DNA of 64,000 nucleotides from Lenisia limosa (Eukaryota; Protista; Breviatea): contig LPNZ01010514.1 in the NCBI GenBank assembly GCA_001655205.1, positions 1 through 64,000 of the forward strand. The letters run 5' to 3'. This document shows positions 10,330 to 23,694 of this stretch, one piece after another. The translations under genes were made by a program, and so were the position numbers. Numbering within the stretch: position 1 is the first letter of the stretch; each line of letters opens with the position of its first letter. Below the pieces are notes generated by a model. It was not told where the DNA came from. It worked only from the letters and a program-made list of their open reading frames with translations, and made no database searches.

Positions 10330-13200
10330 GATTCCCCTTTTTGGATCTAGTTTTCTATATATTATTATATCTTGCCAAACCTTACAAAAGAGTTAAGAAA
10401 GAGAAAGGGAAAACAACGAACCCCCCTCCCCTAAAAGCAGAAGATCAGGATGATCAAATGTTTTGATTCTCCAAGTGCTTGTACCAGCGGTAAATATGGC
10501 CTTTGCTTGATTTAGAAGCTTATTATGAGCAATTTTTAACCGATATTTAATATCATATAAGAAATAGAATATAAAAAAAGAGAAAGGAAAGCAATTTGGA
10601 TTTCAGTCTAAAGTGAGTCTATCCTTGGCTAAAAAATATTTGACTGGAGCTTGTAAAGGTCGATAATTAGAGGTTATAGACCTTGTTATTTAAATGTTTC
10701 ATACGTATTGATCATATAAATAAAACGTAGGTAATTGAAGGCCACGATTGTTTGTGAAGATGTGCCTTGCTGAGCCTATGTGCTATTTAATGGTGCTTTC
10801 TCATCAAAAGATTGGAATTGTACTGAATAAACAGCTTTCTACGGCGGAAACAATCCAAATATAATCAATAACAACAACCATGACAATGCATTGAGTGAAT
10901 TAGTATGATCGCGTGAATGGTACATGTTTCGTATTTGTCTGAGTCTTCTTTACCTTATTGGTAACCTATTTTCAATCAATTTTTGACCTTTCACTTCCTT
11001 TCAAGGTCCTGCCTTACAATTTTGGCTGTTTAGGAAGGCTCCTTGGTATAAGTTTTCATAAAAGTAATGTAATTTGGTAATGTATCAAACGGTAAAGTGC
11101 CGTATTCATCTTGTACACGTCATAAAAGGTGCACCCGTATGAATACCTTTTGCTTTTGAGCTAAAGGTATTTTGGTGGTATCAAATAATACTGATCTAAT
11201 TTTTGGAAATATAATTGATATAATATCATATTTAAAGGACAAATTCACTCAAAATCCTCAACCCAGTAGATCACACTCGATCAAATTGAGAAGGGGACTT
11301 GATAAATAGATCAATAAGGCAGGGACACAATCAGTTCTTGTAATAAAGTTCAACTAAACATGTAAATCCAGTTTCGACATCACACTATTCTCACCAGAAA
11401 AGCTCAAATTTGTTCCAAAATAACAACAACTTTTCCAAGAGAAAAACCCTAACTTTGTGAAATAATCAAAAAAAAAATGATAAAATATTTGGGTTGTTCC
11501 ACGTCCAAGCAATCAGACTTCGTTAAATGAACCCAGTAAATCTAAAGAGTGACTCAATATCATAAAGAAGGTTAAACAGTATGAGAAATTACTGGTTAAC
11601 CAACAGTGCACCAAGAACCACAATCATTGTCATTTGAATGTTTTGAAAGAGCAGGTACAAAACCACAATCCTTGGAAGCGTCGTCGCAAACACATGTTCT
11701 CCACTGGGAAGTAGGAAAACTCTAACACCGTCAAAATAAGTATTAACTGAAAAGATAATTTAGATCATATTATAAAAAACTATAATACTATATTACTTTA
11801 TTAATTGCGTTTTGTATTTCACCAAAGTGAAGCCCTATATTCAAAATATGTGAGAGGAAAATATAGACTATTTTTATATTACACCTTAAGTAATATAATT
11901 AAACATACGATAAAACATTATAATGAAGGTATTGTGTACATAAAGAAAGAGCTTCACTTCGATTAAAAACAACTCTGGGTTCTCAAAATTGAAAAAGTGG
12001 GGGAACAAAGGAGGTCCATTTCTCAAATATTTGTCGAAGCAGTTTTACAGTATCATATCATTTCATATCATATAATATAATATAATAATATAAATACAAT
12101 GCACTTTCTTGTCAAAGTCGAAAACTATGAGCCTATGGTTTCGGAATAATAGAAATTCTGATGACAACGCTGCAAAGAATTTTTAGTTTCTCAGAACAAA
12201 AAAAAGAAAACCCCCAGAATTTTGTAATATCATATGTTGTGTTTAAATGGCATTGGAATTTTTTTACATCCATCATGAAAGAGAAAAAAGTCAACTACCA
12301 TCCCAAATCTCGAGAAAGTGATTTATATAATACTGTATTTATCTAAACTAATATATATCATATATAAACATAGATCTAATAAAAAATTGTAAAAAAAAAA
12401 GTCTAAAGAGATTTTTGTGCATATTATCCCTTTCTTACCAAATTTCTTTGCACGTATCCTTCTTTTGTCGTTTTATATTTGCTGAGCCAAGGTAGTCAAG
12501 CCCAGGTCGATAGCGGAGGAAAATCTACATTGTGAAACAAACCCAAAAATGCCAAATCAAACCTTGAAATAATAACCTTTTCATTCTTCGAGCACTTCTT
12601 ACAAATAGAACCACTTTGAAGAAAATTCATCATAAATCTAATATATCAGAAAAAAAAACAGTACTCTTCATGAGAGCATATTGTTTGGTTGTATTTGTAT
12701 CCTCATATTGTCCCATACTGAGAAGGGCTTCTCAGGGGAGCTCAGACTGTGTTGCTTCGTCAGGGGGACGCATCATTGCTATATTCCATAAATTTCAGTC
12801 TTTTTAAAGAAATTTTCAAATGACTTCAAAGCGCAATCTTGAAATTAAATATTTGGAAGCCCAAAATATATTATAATCAAAGAAAACACAACAACAAAGA
12901 TCACTAATTTTGGGAAAATGTGCCAAGAAATTTTGCTCCCCAATCAACCTGTTCGTAGAGAGGAGCACAGAGGAAGAATGAAGGGCGCTCCAGAAGGGCT
13001 ACATAACGAAATATATTTTCATAATAGAGCTATTTAGAGACAAATGGTAAAAAAGGGAAGATAGTAGTTTGGGGTAAATTAAAAGGCTCTTTTCATCAAG
13101 ACGTATTATAAACCCCCCATGCCCATTTTTGGGCTGGACGGAGAAAATCATTTAGACCCGGTGGGGGGGTTGGGCCCCTGCCATCCACCGGCCAGCAAAA
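10330..13200 (-). CDS. Unresolved multi-exon hypothetical gene
   Basis: Several stop-free segments flanked by AG/GT: LYYENIFRYVALLERPSFFLCAPLYEQ (about 12950-13030), IFLRYRPGLDYLGSANIKRQKK (about 12440-12525), ALSSEFLLFRNHRLIVFDFDKK (about 12105-12170), KLLRQIFEKWTSFVPHFFNFENPELFLIE (about 11960-12045) and NTYFDGVRVFLLPSGEHVFATTLPRIVVLYLLF (about 11600-11745). A complete model could not be phased and no family was recognised. Confidence 0.4.
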
Positions 13201-13346
13201 ACCACCTTTACCACTTTACCACCTTGTAACCACCCACCCAACCCACCCACTAACTTTCTCACAAAGTCGGGGTTGGAAGGCTACATTAATTTCGGGAGAA
13301 TTCCTTTCGAACTCCATTTCCTAATCTCCCTTCCACGCTCTTAACG

Positions 13347-16300
13347 ATGGATGCTGAGAGTATCTTGGAACTTGACTTCCTTTTGATTTCAATCGCACTG
13401 GCACTTGCAACAGGTACTTCGCCTTTCCTCTTATTGAATTTAGTGATCTCCACGGTGAAACAATGGATTACAATCGTAATTGGACTTATTAAAGCGGCAC
13501 CTTCAAGTATGACCACCCATTTGTTGTTATTGTATCGTTCCCCATTTCCATCTTCTTATCGGTTTAGCTCTCTTTGCTGCATTAACTGCCTTTGGGTGGT
13601 TCCTTGCCACAACGTTTGCGATTTTTTTGAGTTTATCTTTTAGCCTTGTGTATTCAGTAATAGAGTCAGCTTCAGCTCCCACTTTTCTCAGGGGATTAGT
13701 GTTCAATGCTGCAGTTTCAGCTTGTATTGGACCGTTCATGGTTTGATTCATTCTGTTTTTCTGATGTTTAGCTTGTCATTCCAACTGGAAAAGGCAAAAA
13801 GGAAAAGGTTAAACGATCGAAAGCTGTTGGAATTATCCTTGGGCTTATGTTTTTTGTTGTACAAGTATTTGCTCTCATCAGCGTTGCCATTTTGCTGATT
13901 GAAGAAAATGACCTTGGCATCTTCAAAGTTTTTGGTTTGGAAATCTTTTAGACTGACTTTAAATAACTCTCTTAGGACTTCTTGTGGGCTACCTTCTTCT
14001 CGTCGTGGTTTACTTTCTGGCCCTTTTTGCTGCAAGCTTTGGGTTCTCTCTCGCTCAGACTGGTAAGAGCTCTTTGCGTTGTTTTTTCTAATCACCGAAG
14101 ATAAGGGAAGAGATGCTATGGAATCATTTAGAAGCAATATTTGTCTCGGTAGCAAACCGCTTGCCACCAATGGTGCATTCAAAACTGTAAGCAACATAAA
14201 GTGAAAACAAAATTGTATCTTGTTAACACTTGTAGGTCTTTTCCCTCCTTCTCTCATTAGTTTCTGTTGGGCTTTTAGCGCTACTCTACGTCGAATTCGA
14301 CGAGGACACCACGTCATCAAAAGTTGTCATGGCCATCAATGTAACTACAATCATTGTCATGTTTGGTGAGTGGTAAATCCCAGTCCACCATCCAATCCTT
14401 TGATACTGATATCATAGGTATGATTGTTGCTGCAATGAAAACGAAGGCAGCAGAAGAGCCTGAAGAAGTTCTTGTTGACGATCAGTCGTAAGAGAGTCAT
14501 TTTTTGCTTCGTAAAACACAAATCAAGTCTTAAGGTTTAGTGATTTCACGAAAGCTCTCGGAATGGTTGCTCTTGTTAATAAGAAGGGCGAGGTTCTGTC
14601 TTCTTATGTTCCTGGTTTGGGGTTGTTGTACCAGCTTGCTTTCTGTTTTACTGATTCACTTTCCAGATATTGGACTGTCGGAGTTTGGAATTGACACCAT
14701 CTTTTCCGCCTTCATGACCTATGTCCTTCCAACCGTTAAAGGTATTATAGTTGATATTATTGCTGTTTTAACTTATTACTTCTGTTTGTTTCTGACAATG
14801 TAGATTCTCTGTCAGTTGAATTGCCAGCAAACAAATGTGGACATGCGTGGATCTCTTCTTGCCACTCTTCTCCCAACTCCACATGTTTGCTCCATCCTCT
14901 TGTTGTGTTACCATGCTAAAAAAATCCTCATTGTGTAGACGATGTTGTTGTTCTTCGAGGCCAAAATGCCAGTCTTTCTCTCTCGTCAATGATTGCTTCT
15001 CGTGTTCTCACAAGTGCTGATCAGCTTTTCAAATCTGGGAAGGTAAGAGCATGACGACAGTACTACTTCTTGATACTATGTTTTTTTTTATACCAAACGT
15101 CTATCATAACACGCCTTCTAGAGCACTGACAAGGTACTCAGCCAGCTTCTCAAGGACATTAGCCAACCGTCATCAAAAACCCTGAAAAAGCTCCTGCAAA
15201 CGTCCGAGGCGGCTGAAGCTATTGTCAAGTCCTTGCCTCAGCTCACTTCTGGTCTGGGGGCTGTTACACAAAAGGGGCAATATAAGGAAACCATCAACAA
15301 CTAAAAGTTACAGAATTTAATGTTTCTCCCCCTGAACCATTTTTATCTTTTCAGGGGTGCAAAAAGTTCTTTCTATTGAGTCCAATGTCCAACGCTACAT
15401 TTTCCCCCGTTGGATTTCCTACGTAGGTCCATTGTGGTTGAGAGCCGTTCTGATTATGTAGTCGAGCTTCCTGTCTCGTTCGAGAGAACTGAACCTAATT
15501 TCAAACAAACAAATTGACTGTACTTGGGGTCATGGGTACATCTGATAGCTGTTGTATAATATTTACCCTTCAAATCAGTCTTCAGTCATTCATTAACCTT
15601 ACAGTCCCAAAAATGAAAGAATGGGAGCCAATTGATGTTGACGATCAAAAACTCAAGAACCAGGCTTACGGTGAGACAACCATGTTCACATTATTATTGT
15701 TGTAATATAGATAGTATATCATATTTCTTCTCCTAATTTCATAGATGCACCGAGTGGGGTGATTGAAGTAACCCTCATGCCATGCTCACACGCAATTCCT
15801 GCCAGTTGCGCCTTGTCCACTCCAGCAGATCTTTTGATCGTATCATCGACATTCCAGTCCCTCGGAAACCTCGTCGGAGGGTCCGCGACCGCGACGCCTG
15901 AAGACATTGAGCAGTGGCGTGGCGGGGTTATTGCCAGCGAAACAATTGAAACAACAAGGTCGGTTCATTACATTATGCTTTAAAAAGCGGATTTTCCTTC
16001 CAAAAGATCTTTTCTTAGCATGTAGCTTTGTCAGCGAGGTTGATATTGTGAAAGAGATTTCTGACACAGCCAAGGACACCCAAAGAGCTTCTTTCAGAGT
16101 TTTGATTGTCACTTCTACAGCGGAGCCAAAATTCCTTAGAACAACTTTTGGCATTATTCAAAATCTTGTTCGGGTTGGGTGCTCTGTCTTTTCGCCACAT
16201 TCTTGGAATCCTCATGCCATTTCTGCTTTCTCGGTTATTCTGTCCAGTGAGTGGGAAGATGATATTCTTGAATTATATTATCTAGTCTGACTAGTGTTTT

Positions 16301-18727
16301 ATTTACGCCTTTAGAATCCTTCTTCAGTGAGCTCTTACCCGCGCTCCCTGCTCTTCCATCAATCTTAGGGGAAAACCCTCTGTAAGTCATTTCGCCGTTG
16401 TTATTAACGTTATCCTCTAGCGACTTAAAAGATGACGATTCCGCCAAGATTGGGCAAACGAAGCAGAAGCCCACTGACCCAGCAAAGATTTTCTTTAATG
16501 AGGGTATGGAATTACCACCATGTACATGATGTGTTATACATACATACACATATCTTATGTCCATAATACTCTATCCTGTGTATATTTACAACTACATATC
16601 ATATATTACTATGATGTATACCTATGATGTGTTCTCATTCTTCAGATCTTGACTTTAACAAAATTGAGCCAACAGCCACTGAATCCAAAATAGCCACTTC
16701 AACCACGATTATTTCCAAAAACAGTGGGTTTTCTAGTCTTTCTTTTTTGCTTCTCAACAACATACCTGGATTTAACGATTACAGTTCTTCCCTTCCCATC
16801 TCGCTTTGTTTCAACATCCAATGTGGTTGTGAGTGATGACAAGGTCAACTTCCAAACTGGTATTTGGGAATATTTCGTATTTTATCATGATATTTATCCC
16901 TCTTTATGATTACTGACACTCAGACAACAAGAGCAGTCTTGAAGATGCGCATATTAAGCCACCACAGTCGGATTATCGTCTTTTGACGGGACTGGCCTAC
17001 GAGCGTCGAGTCCGAGGCAGACCAGCTGTCTTCGAAAAATGGTGCGCCCGTTTGAGTAAATGTTACTTACCCTCCCAGTCGAGATTGGACCATCGTCAAG
17101 AGTGATTATCCCATCACTTCTGGAACTTTCAATGTCGAAGTGTCACTTCAGTCTACAGCAAACAATATGAGTGGAGCATCTAAACAGAATATTGCTCCAG
17201 TATCCATCTTTTTATCGGACTCTAAAACCAACAAATCCGTTTCATTTGTGGCAGCTGCACCTTTTACTTATAACCCTCTAATGGTAAGTAAGTGTTCTTA
17301 TATTATAGTAATGTATGATTTGATTTTTAACCATTGGAATATTGTAACATTATGGTATTGTTAGCAGCTAAAAATCTCACTTTTGAGGCCACCAACATGC
17401 AATCACCAGCGTGCTGTGTTCTCAGAACATCTCCACTTCAATTTGGCGAAACATTGAAGGTCACTTTTGACTATGATAATAAAATTGCCTTTTGCTATCG
17501 TGACCATCTTCTTGTTGACAGCATCTCCCTTGATTTGGTACGCGTTCTATCGTAATCATAGTAATAAGTTCTTCTCCATTTCAAATTATGTACGTCCCCA
17601 TCAACTTTTTAGTTCAGTGCTGCTCCAGTCCATATAGGCCTTGGCTCTTCATACTCTGTTAACCTTATCGCAACCTTGTCTTCTCCAACTGTGAGCTACT
17701 GGTACTTTTCAAATACTCCATGTCACATGTGTAGTATAATATGTGTGTGTTGCTACAGTATACATATTTGAATCGAGACACTATCACAACATAAATTCCT
17801 TCTCAAAAAACCTTGTGACCGGCAATATTCCAATGACAGCGTTAATCGCCTTTTCAGCCCCAAAAGGCGTCGAATGTTCTCAGTCGGCCTATTTGCTCTA
17901 ATGGTCTTCCTGGCTCCCCTGCTTGGAAGAAACTTGTTTTTGAAATTTCTGCCTCCTTGGTGAGTTTATTTTGTTCTTGTTTACTCAATCTAGCCTAAAG
18001 CCACACCAAGGGATGCTCTCAATTACCACCATATGTTGGACTCGATGATTCTTGCTGGGGCCCTTCTTCAGCCTGTTGCAAGACCGGAGATCTTTAGACT
18101 ATCACTTGCCGATAATGCTTTAGTTTGTGACGTATTGAAGGGACTGTTTTTGACTCAATAGATCCACTATTTGGAACAATCAGTGAACGTTGCTCTTCTC
18201 TCCTTGACACAGAATATGATGGCTTTCAATACAAAAAGTGCACGTAAGTGGCAAGAGCATCATATCTTCACTTCTCAGACATTACACTCAATCGAGTCGC
18301 TGCCCAGAACCCTCGAATTGCTCACATTGTTTCCGAAATTTACAGGTTTGCTGATGTTACTCTAACTCTTTCAGACCTCTGTCAGAACGTGACTCTAAAG
18401 GAGTAGTAAAAAGTGACTTCCATTTGGAAGGTCTCCTTGCAGAGGAAAAGAAATGTTTCGTACTTAAGGACTTTAGGTTTGTTGACGTTTCATGTCTCAT
18501 ATGATGCTAATTAACTCAGAGTTTTTGCTTCACTCATTGAGTCGCTTCGTTGTATTGGTTCCCCTGACTCTGTATCTGCACGCGCCATTATCAGTGATGC
18601 TCTAACAAAGTGCGAATTCCCTGGAGCAAGCGAAACCGAAGGAGTTGAGGGATTCAAAGAGAGTGACCATGCAACTCATGTCCATATTGAACGCTACTTG
18701 GTTGCTTTAAGAAAAGATCTTAGTTGA
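13347..18727 (+). CDS. Large multi-exon protein: N-terminal multi-pass membrane region followed by a long soluble region with a SPRY-like segment
   Basis: ATG at 13347. Hydrophobic exons include LDFLLISIALALAT, LFAALTAFGWFLATTFAIFLSLSF, AVGIILGLMFFVVQVFALISVAILL and SFSLLLSLVSVGLLALLY. A chain of GT-AG exons continues to ...HIERYLVALRKDLS* (TGA 18725-18727). The segments WTIVKSDYPITSGTFNVEV and GETLKVTFDYDNKIAFCYRD resemble a SPRY domain. Confidence 0.65.
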
Positions 18728-19061
18728 TTAGAAGCTGATAATACAAAATATGTTCCTTTCCATCTTCTTCTTCTGATACATGTATGTACATACATATAAG
18801 TGTATACTGTGACATAGCATCTCACTGTATCATATCATACATATCATATCATAAGTTTTGCAAAGTCTCTATTGAACTAGGAGCATAGAGATCCATCAGT
18901 TGACAACACAAAAGAGAACATCCATATTGATATCATATGTGTTTTTTTTTTTATATGCAATGGCAAAACCGAGTACAAAAATGCTTACAATAATACATTG
19001 AAACGATAGGGAGAGGCCAGGATAGAATTGCTATTAGGCAAAAATTCATCACGATTTTCAT

Positions 19062-22000
19062 TTAGATATAAATAGTACACATTCCAAGATAGCACGATTG
19101 GTTTTCTTCACAGCAAACGCCATTGCAATATACCAATCCAGCATCACATTTCAGAACACAGTGTCCATTAACGCAATCCTGAACTTCAGGGTCACAGCAT
19201 GACTCATTGCATACGTTGTCCTGATGACAGACACAAACGTCAGCTTCGCAAATAAAACCAGCAGGGCAGCAGCCACCATTGCATTCAACGGTGCCTTCAG
19301 GGCAATCCACGGGTGGAATGACGCAGGTTCCGTTTATGCAAGCGTCACCTTCATTGCAGCAAGTACCGTTACACATCACACCAATATTACAGGTGCAGTT
19401 AAGATCCTCGCAAGATTGACCCTCAGGGCAGCACACGTCACCGCACACAACCTCATTATCTTGGCAAATGAAGCCATTATTTCCATTGAGAACATAAGTG
19501 CAAACGCCCTCAATACAGATATCGTATCCTGTGCATTCGGTGCCACAGCTTCCACAGTTCTGGTTGTCAGTGTCCAAGTTTAAACAGGTGTCATTGCAGA
19601 CATCAGGAGTGATTACAGGGCAGCAGCAAGTGCCATTGACGCAAATTCCACCGATGTTGCAGACAGTCCCGCATACACCACAGTTAAGGGGATGTTGGTA
19701 AATGCTGACACACTCGCCATCACAGATTTCCTGGCCGTCGTACATACACCGGCATCCATAAGGCGTACACTCAGATTTAGGCGGACAAACAGCACCACAC
19801 TCAAGGCAATTGTAGGAATTGTCAAAAGTGGAAGGCTCCACGCAGGTTCCATTGCACATCACAAGGTAGGATTTGCAGACACATTCCCCATCGATGCAGT
19901 CCTCGGAAAGAAGACATTCGTTTCCACAACTGCCACAGTGCTCATGCGATCCCATCAGGTCGAAGCACATCTCTCCACAAGGGCTGAGGGGATCCTCACA
20001 GCCACAAGTGTACACGGTGCCATTGAAGTTACAAGAGGTTCCGTAGACACATTTGTTGCCACAAGCACCGCAGTTCTCATCAGTAGTCAGAGTTATGCAT
20101 TGGCCGTCACACAAGACTTCACCATAAGGACAATCTGGACTGTTACTTCATATTCACGCTGAAACAAAATACGGGTGGTTAAATGCGAACGCACATTTTT
20201 TAAAAAACTAATAGAGGAACTAAAGTTCCCAGAGAATATTAACATTATTGTATTGAATAGTGAATTCCCACCTACCCTTTTCAACGCATTGATCATCAAT
20301 ACACTCATTCAAGTAATTGTTGCAACAGGTAGAGCCACATGTAATGAAGCCTTCACTGCACTTGCATGAAGAAAGACCGTAAGTATTGACACAAATCTCA
20401 GAAATATGGTCGCAGCAATCTTCACCACAGGGGACAGAGCAGTTAGGGCAGATCTGGATAAAATGAATTATATTTGGGGAAGCCAAGATGCTAACTCTAT
20501 TTACCCAAGATAAAAGAAAGATCAAAATACAAAACAAGTTATAGAGAATGGCAAATACAAAAATAATATTTCAAACCTTAGGGACGTTTTCTTGGCAGAA
20601 CATGTTGTTATAAGCGTCACTCATGCAGCTATGGGTCTGAGTAGGGCAGCAGACTCCGTCACAATCAATGTGTCCAGGCGGGCACTGGCAAGAGTAGGTG
20701 GTCTCATAAGAGTAGGGGTCAGTGGTAGAAATGCAGGTGTGGTCATAAGGGCAGCAGTTGGAGCCGCATTGGGAGGTTTGAGCAGGGCATACATAAGGGT
20801 TATCCAGACAGACGTTGTTTACGCATAAACTCTCTTGGCAGCAAGTATCACCGCACTTGGTTGTGTGCGAAGGGCATGCACAGAAAGACAATCTACAAAT
20901 TGCACCACTAGGGCATGAGCGGCCGCAGGAGCCACAGTGTTCTTTATCACTAGAAAGGTCCGTGCAGAGCTCTCCACAGAGATCAAGCTTGCACTGGCAG
21001 CAGCCGTGTGCTACACCGTGACCGTCAAGAGTCGTGACACACATCTCATTCTCTTCGCAGCACTTATCGACACAGGGAACCTCTGGAGGGATGCAGATAG
21101 CCGGCATGGGAACGGACACACACTCACCCCACACGCACTCTTCGCCATATCCACATTCCACTCCACAGCCACCACAGTTCTCTTCATTAGACATAGTGTC
21201 CATGCACTTACAGCCGCAGATCTGAGATCCAGGTGGGCAAACACAAACCGAGTCGACACAACTTGCGCTCTCGGGACATGGATAGCCACAATCACCGCAA
21301 TGGCTTTCATCAGCCGTGGTGTCAACGCAAACCTCATTGCCGTTAACAGTGCACTCAGTGAGATTACCAGGACAAGCACATCCGTAGCAACCATTAAGCT
21401 CTTGGCAAGTCATGCCTTCAGAACAAGCGTAGTCGCAAGCTCCACAGTTCTCATCGTCAGTTAATGTATCAAGACTGACACATTGGCCGTTGCAATAAAC
21501 ATCGGAGGCATTGGGACAGTCGCAGTGTCCATTATGGCAGAGTGTTCCACTGGGGCAAATATGTCCGCAAGCTCCACAGTCGAATCCACTGGTAGGATCA
21601 ACACACTGGTCGTCACAGAGGATGAGAATACCCTGGCAGATGCATTTTCCTTCAACACAGACGGCCTTCTCCGGGCACTCATTGAAGCAATCACCACAGT
21701 TCAGATTATCGATAAGCACATTGACGCAAACGTCATCGCATGCGTCAGGTGTTTCAGTGGGACACCCACATTGACCATTGCAGCAGAGTCTACCTCCAAA
21801 GCAAAAACCTCCACAATCACCACAGTTATTAGGATCAGAAGAGAGGTCAACGCAATAATCACCACACATGGTGTAAGGCTCACTGCAGACACAAGAGCCA
21901 TTGATACAGAGAGCATGCTCAGGACAGTCAACTCCACAATAATTGCAGTGATCAGGATCAGAGAAAAGATCAACACACTCGTCATTACACATGTAATAGC

Positions 22001-23694
22001 CACTTTCGCAGAGACAGCTACCACCATAACAGAATGAGTGACCATGACAGGGAGAATCACATGCTCCACAATGAGACTCACTGCTGTAAAGGTTAACACA
22101 TTCATTGCCACAGACAGTAAAACCAGATTCACATACACAGACGCCAGCATTGCAGGTCGCGGTGGGAGGGCAAACAACTCCACAGTCGCCGCAATTATTC
22201 ATGTCTTCAGAGGGATCAACACATTCACCGTCACAGAGAGCATATGTCATATTAATGCAAATGCAACTTCCACCATAACATATGGTGTCATTGGGGCACA
22301 TAACGCCACAGCCACCACAGTTGATAAAGTCGGCCTGCGTACTCAAACAGGTCTCACCACAAAGAGTATGGGCTTCATTAGTGCAGTCACATTGGCCTGA
22401 AACACAAGAAGTATTTGGAATAGTGCAGTTTTTAGAACAGTCGTCACAAGCCTTGACTTCATCAACGTCAGCAGTACAGACCCCATTACAGAAAAGTTCG
22501 GTTGGATCACAGACACATTCACCAAGAACACAGGTGGTATCCAAAGGACAAACCTCTCCACAAGCACCACAGTTTCCGTTGTCTTCATTGATGCACTCCC
22601 CATTACAGAAGAGTTTACCATCACCAGCACACTTACAGGTTCCCTTGAAACAAACAGAGTCTTCTGGGCAGACATTTCCACATTCCCCACAGTTTTCATT
22701 GTCAGAGAGGAGTTGAATGCAAGTATTGTTGGCTTCACAAAAAGTGTAAGAGGGGGGACAAACACAGTAGTCGCCGCTGCAAGTTGCTTCAGGGGGGCAC
22801 TCAGTGCAGCCGCAGTAGTTAGCACCAGTAGTGTTGAGACAGGTACCGTTACAGAATTGGAGAGGAGGAGGGCAGTCACAATTTCCGTCAACGCAGGTGG
22901 CTTCAACCGGACAGGTGACATTGCAACCTCCACAGTGGTCTTCGTTGGTGAGAATGTCAGAACAGCCATCAACACAGGGTTCTCCAGAACATTGGCAGAT
23001 TCCCTCTTCACAAGTACCAGCACAGACGTTTCCACATTCACCGCAGTTGGTGGTACTTGTCATGACATCCACACAGGCATCAGCGCATATGCGAGTCAAA
23101 CCGTCAGCTTCAGTAGGGCATTCACATCTTCCAGACACACAAGAAGCAGTTGCTGGGCACTCAATGCCACAAGTTCCGCAGTTCATTGGGTCAGAAAGAG
23201 TGTTAGCATCGCAAACGCAAGAGCCTTCAGTACAGGTTCCATTGCAAGTCTTACCACATCCACCACAGTTGGTAACTTCAGAAAGAATCTCAACACATGT
23301 ATCTTCACAAAGGTACTCAGAAAAACTGGTGCATCTGCATTCACCAACAATACAAGTTGCTCCGGTGGGGCATACATTGCCACAAGTTCCACAGTTCATA
23401 CTGTCAATTTCAGTGTCAGTGCATTCACCATCACATCTGGTGTGGTCGGTGTTAACACACGTACATCTTCCAAGAACACAAGAAGTTGAAGGCTCACACT
23501 CACGTCCACATCTTCCACAATTTTCAGGGTCATTGAAAACATTGACACATTCACTTCCACAATACTGTTTGCCATATCCATCGCAGATTAAGGCAGAGGA
23601 TGAAGTAATTAACAGTGCCAGCAGTAATGCTAGAAGCGAACAGCTTTTCCAAAGATGATTCTAAATATTAAACACAAAAATAATCCCTTACCAT
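19062..23694 (-). CDS. Secreted cysteine-rich repeat protein with about 25 Stig1-like repeats
   Basis: ATG (23692-23694) is followed by a 31-nt intron and then the signal peptide NHLWKSCSLLALLLALLITSSSA. The open frame runs to about 20575 with repeated D..NCG.CG..C....C..G.C.C units. It joins by introns to exon ICPNCSVPCGEDCC...QCVEK and to the 19062-20140 ORF ending CYLGMCTIYI*. No TM or GPI segment is seen. Confidence 0.85.

Noticed and set aside
13150-13235. KVVLLAGG nucleotidyltransferase-like motif on the minus strand
   Set aside because: The frame stops within about 10 codons and lies in a low-complexity CCA-rich promoter-like tract; no downstream NTP-transferase motifs were found.
13286-14320. 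Minus-strand Lys/Asn-rich ORFs
   Set aside because: They are antisense to hydrophobic plus-strand exons that have clean GT-AG boundaries.
19224-23658. Long plus-strand and alternate-frame ORFs over the Cys-repeat gene
   Set aside because: These are antisense or frame shadows of a repetitive Cys-rich coding sequence (Thr/Ala/Val- or Gln/Ser/Pro-rich) with no independent features.
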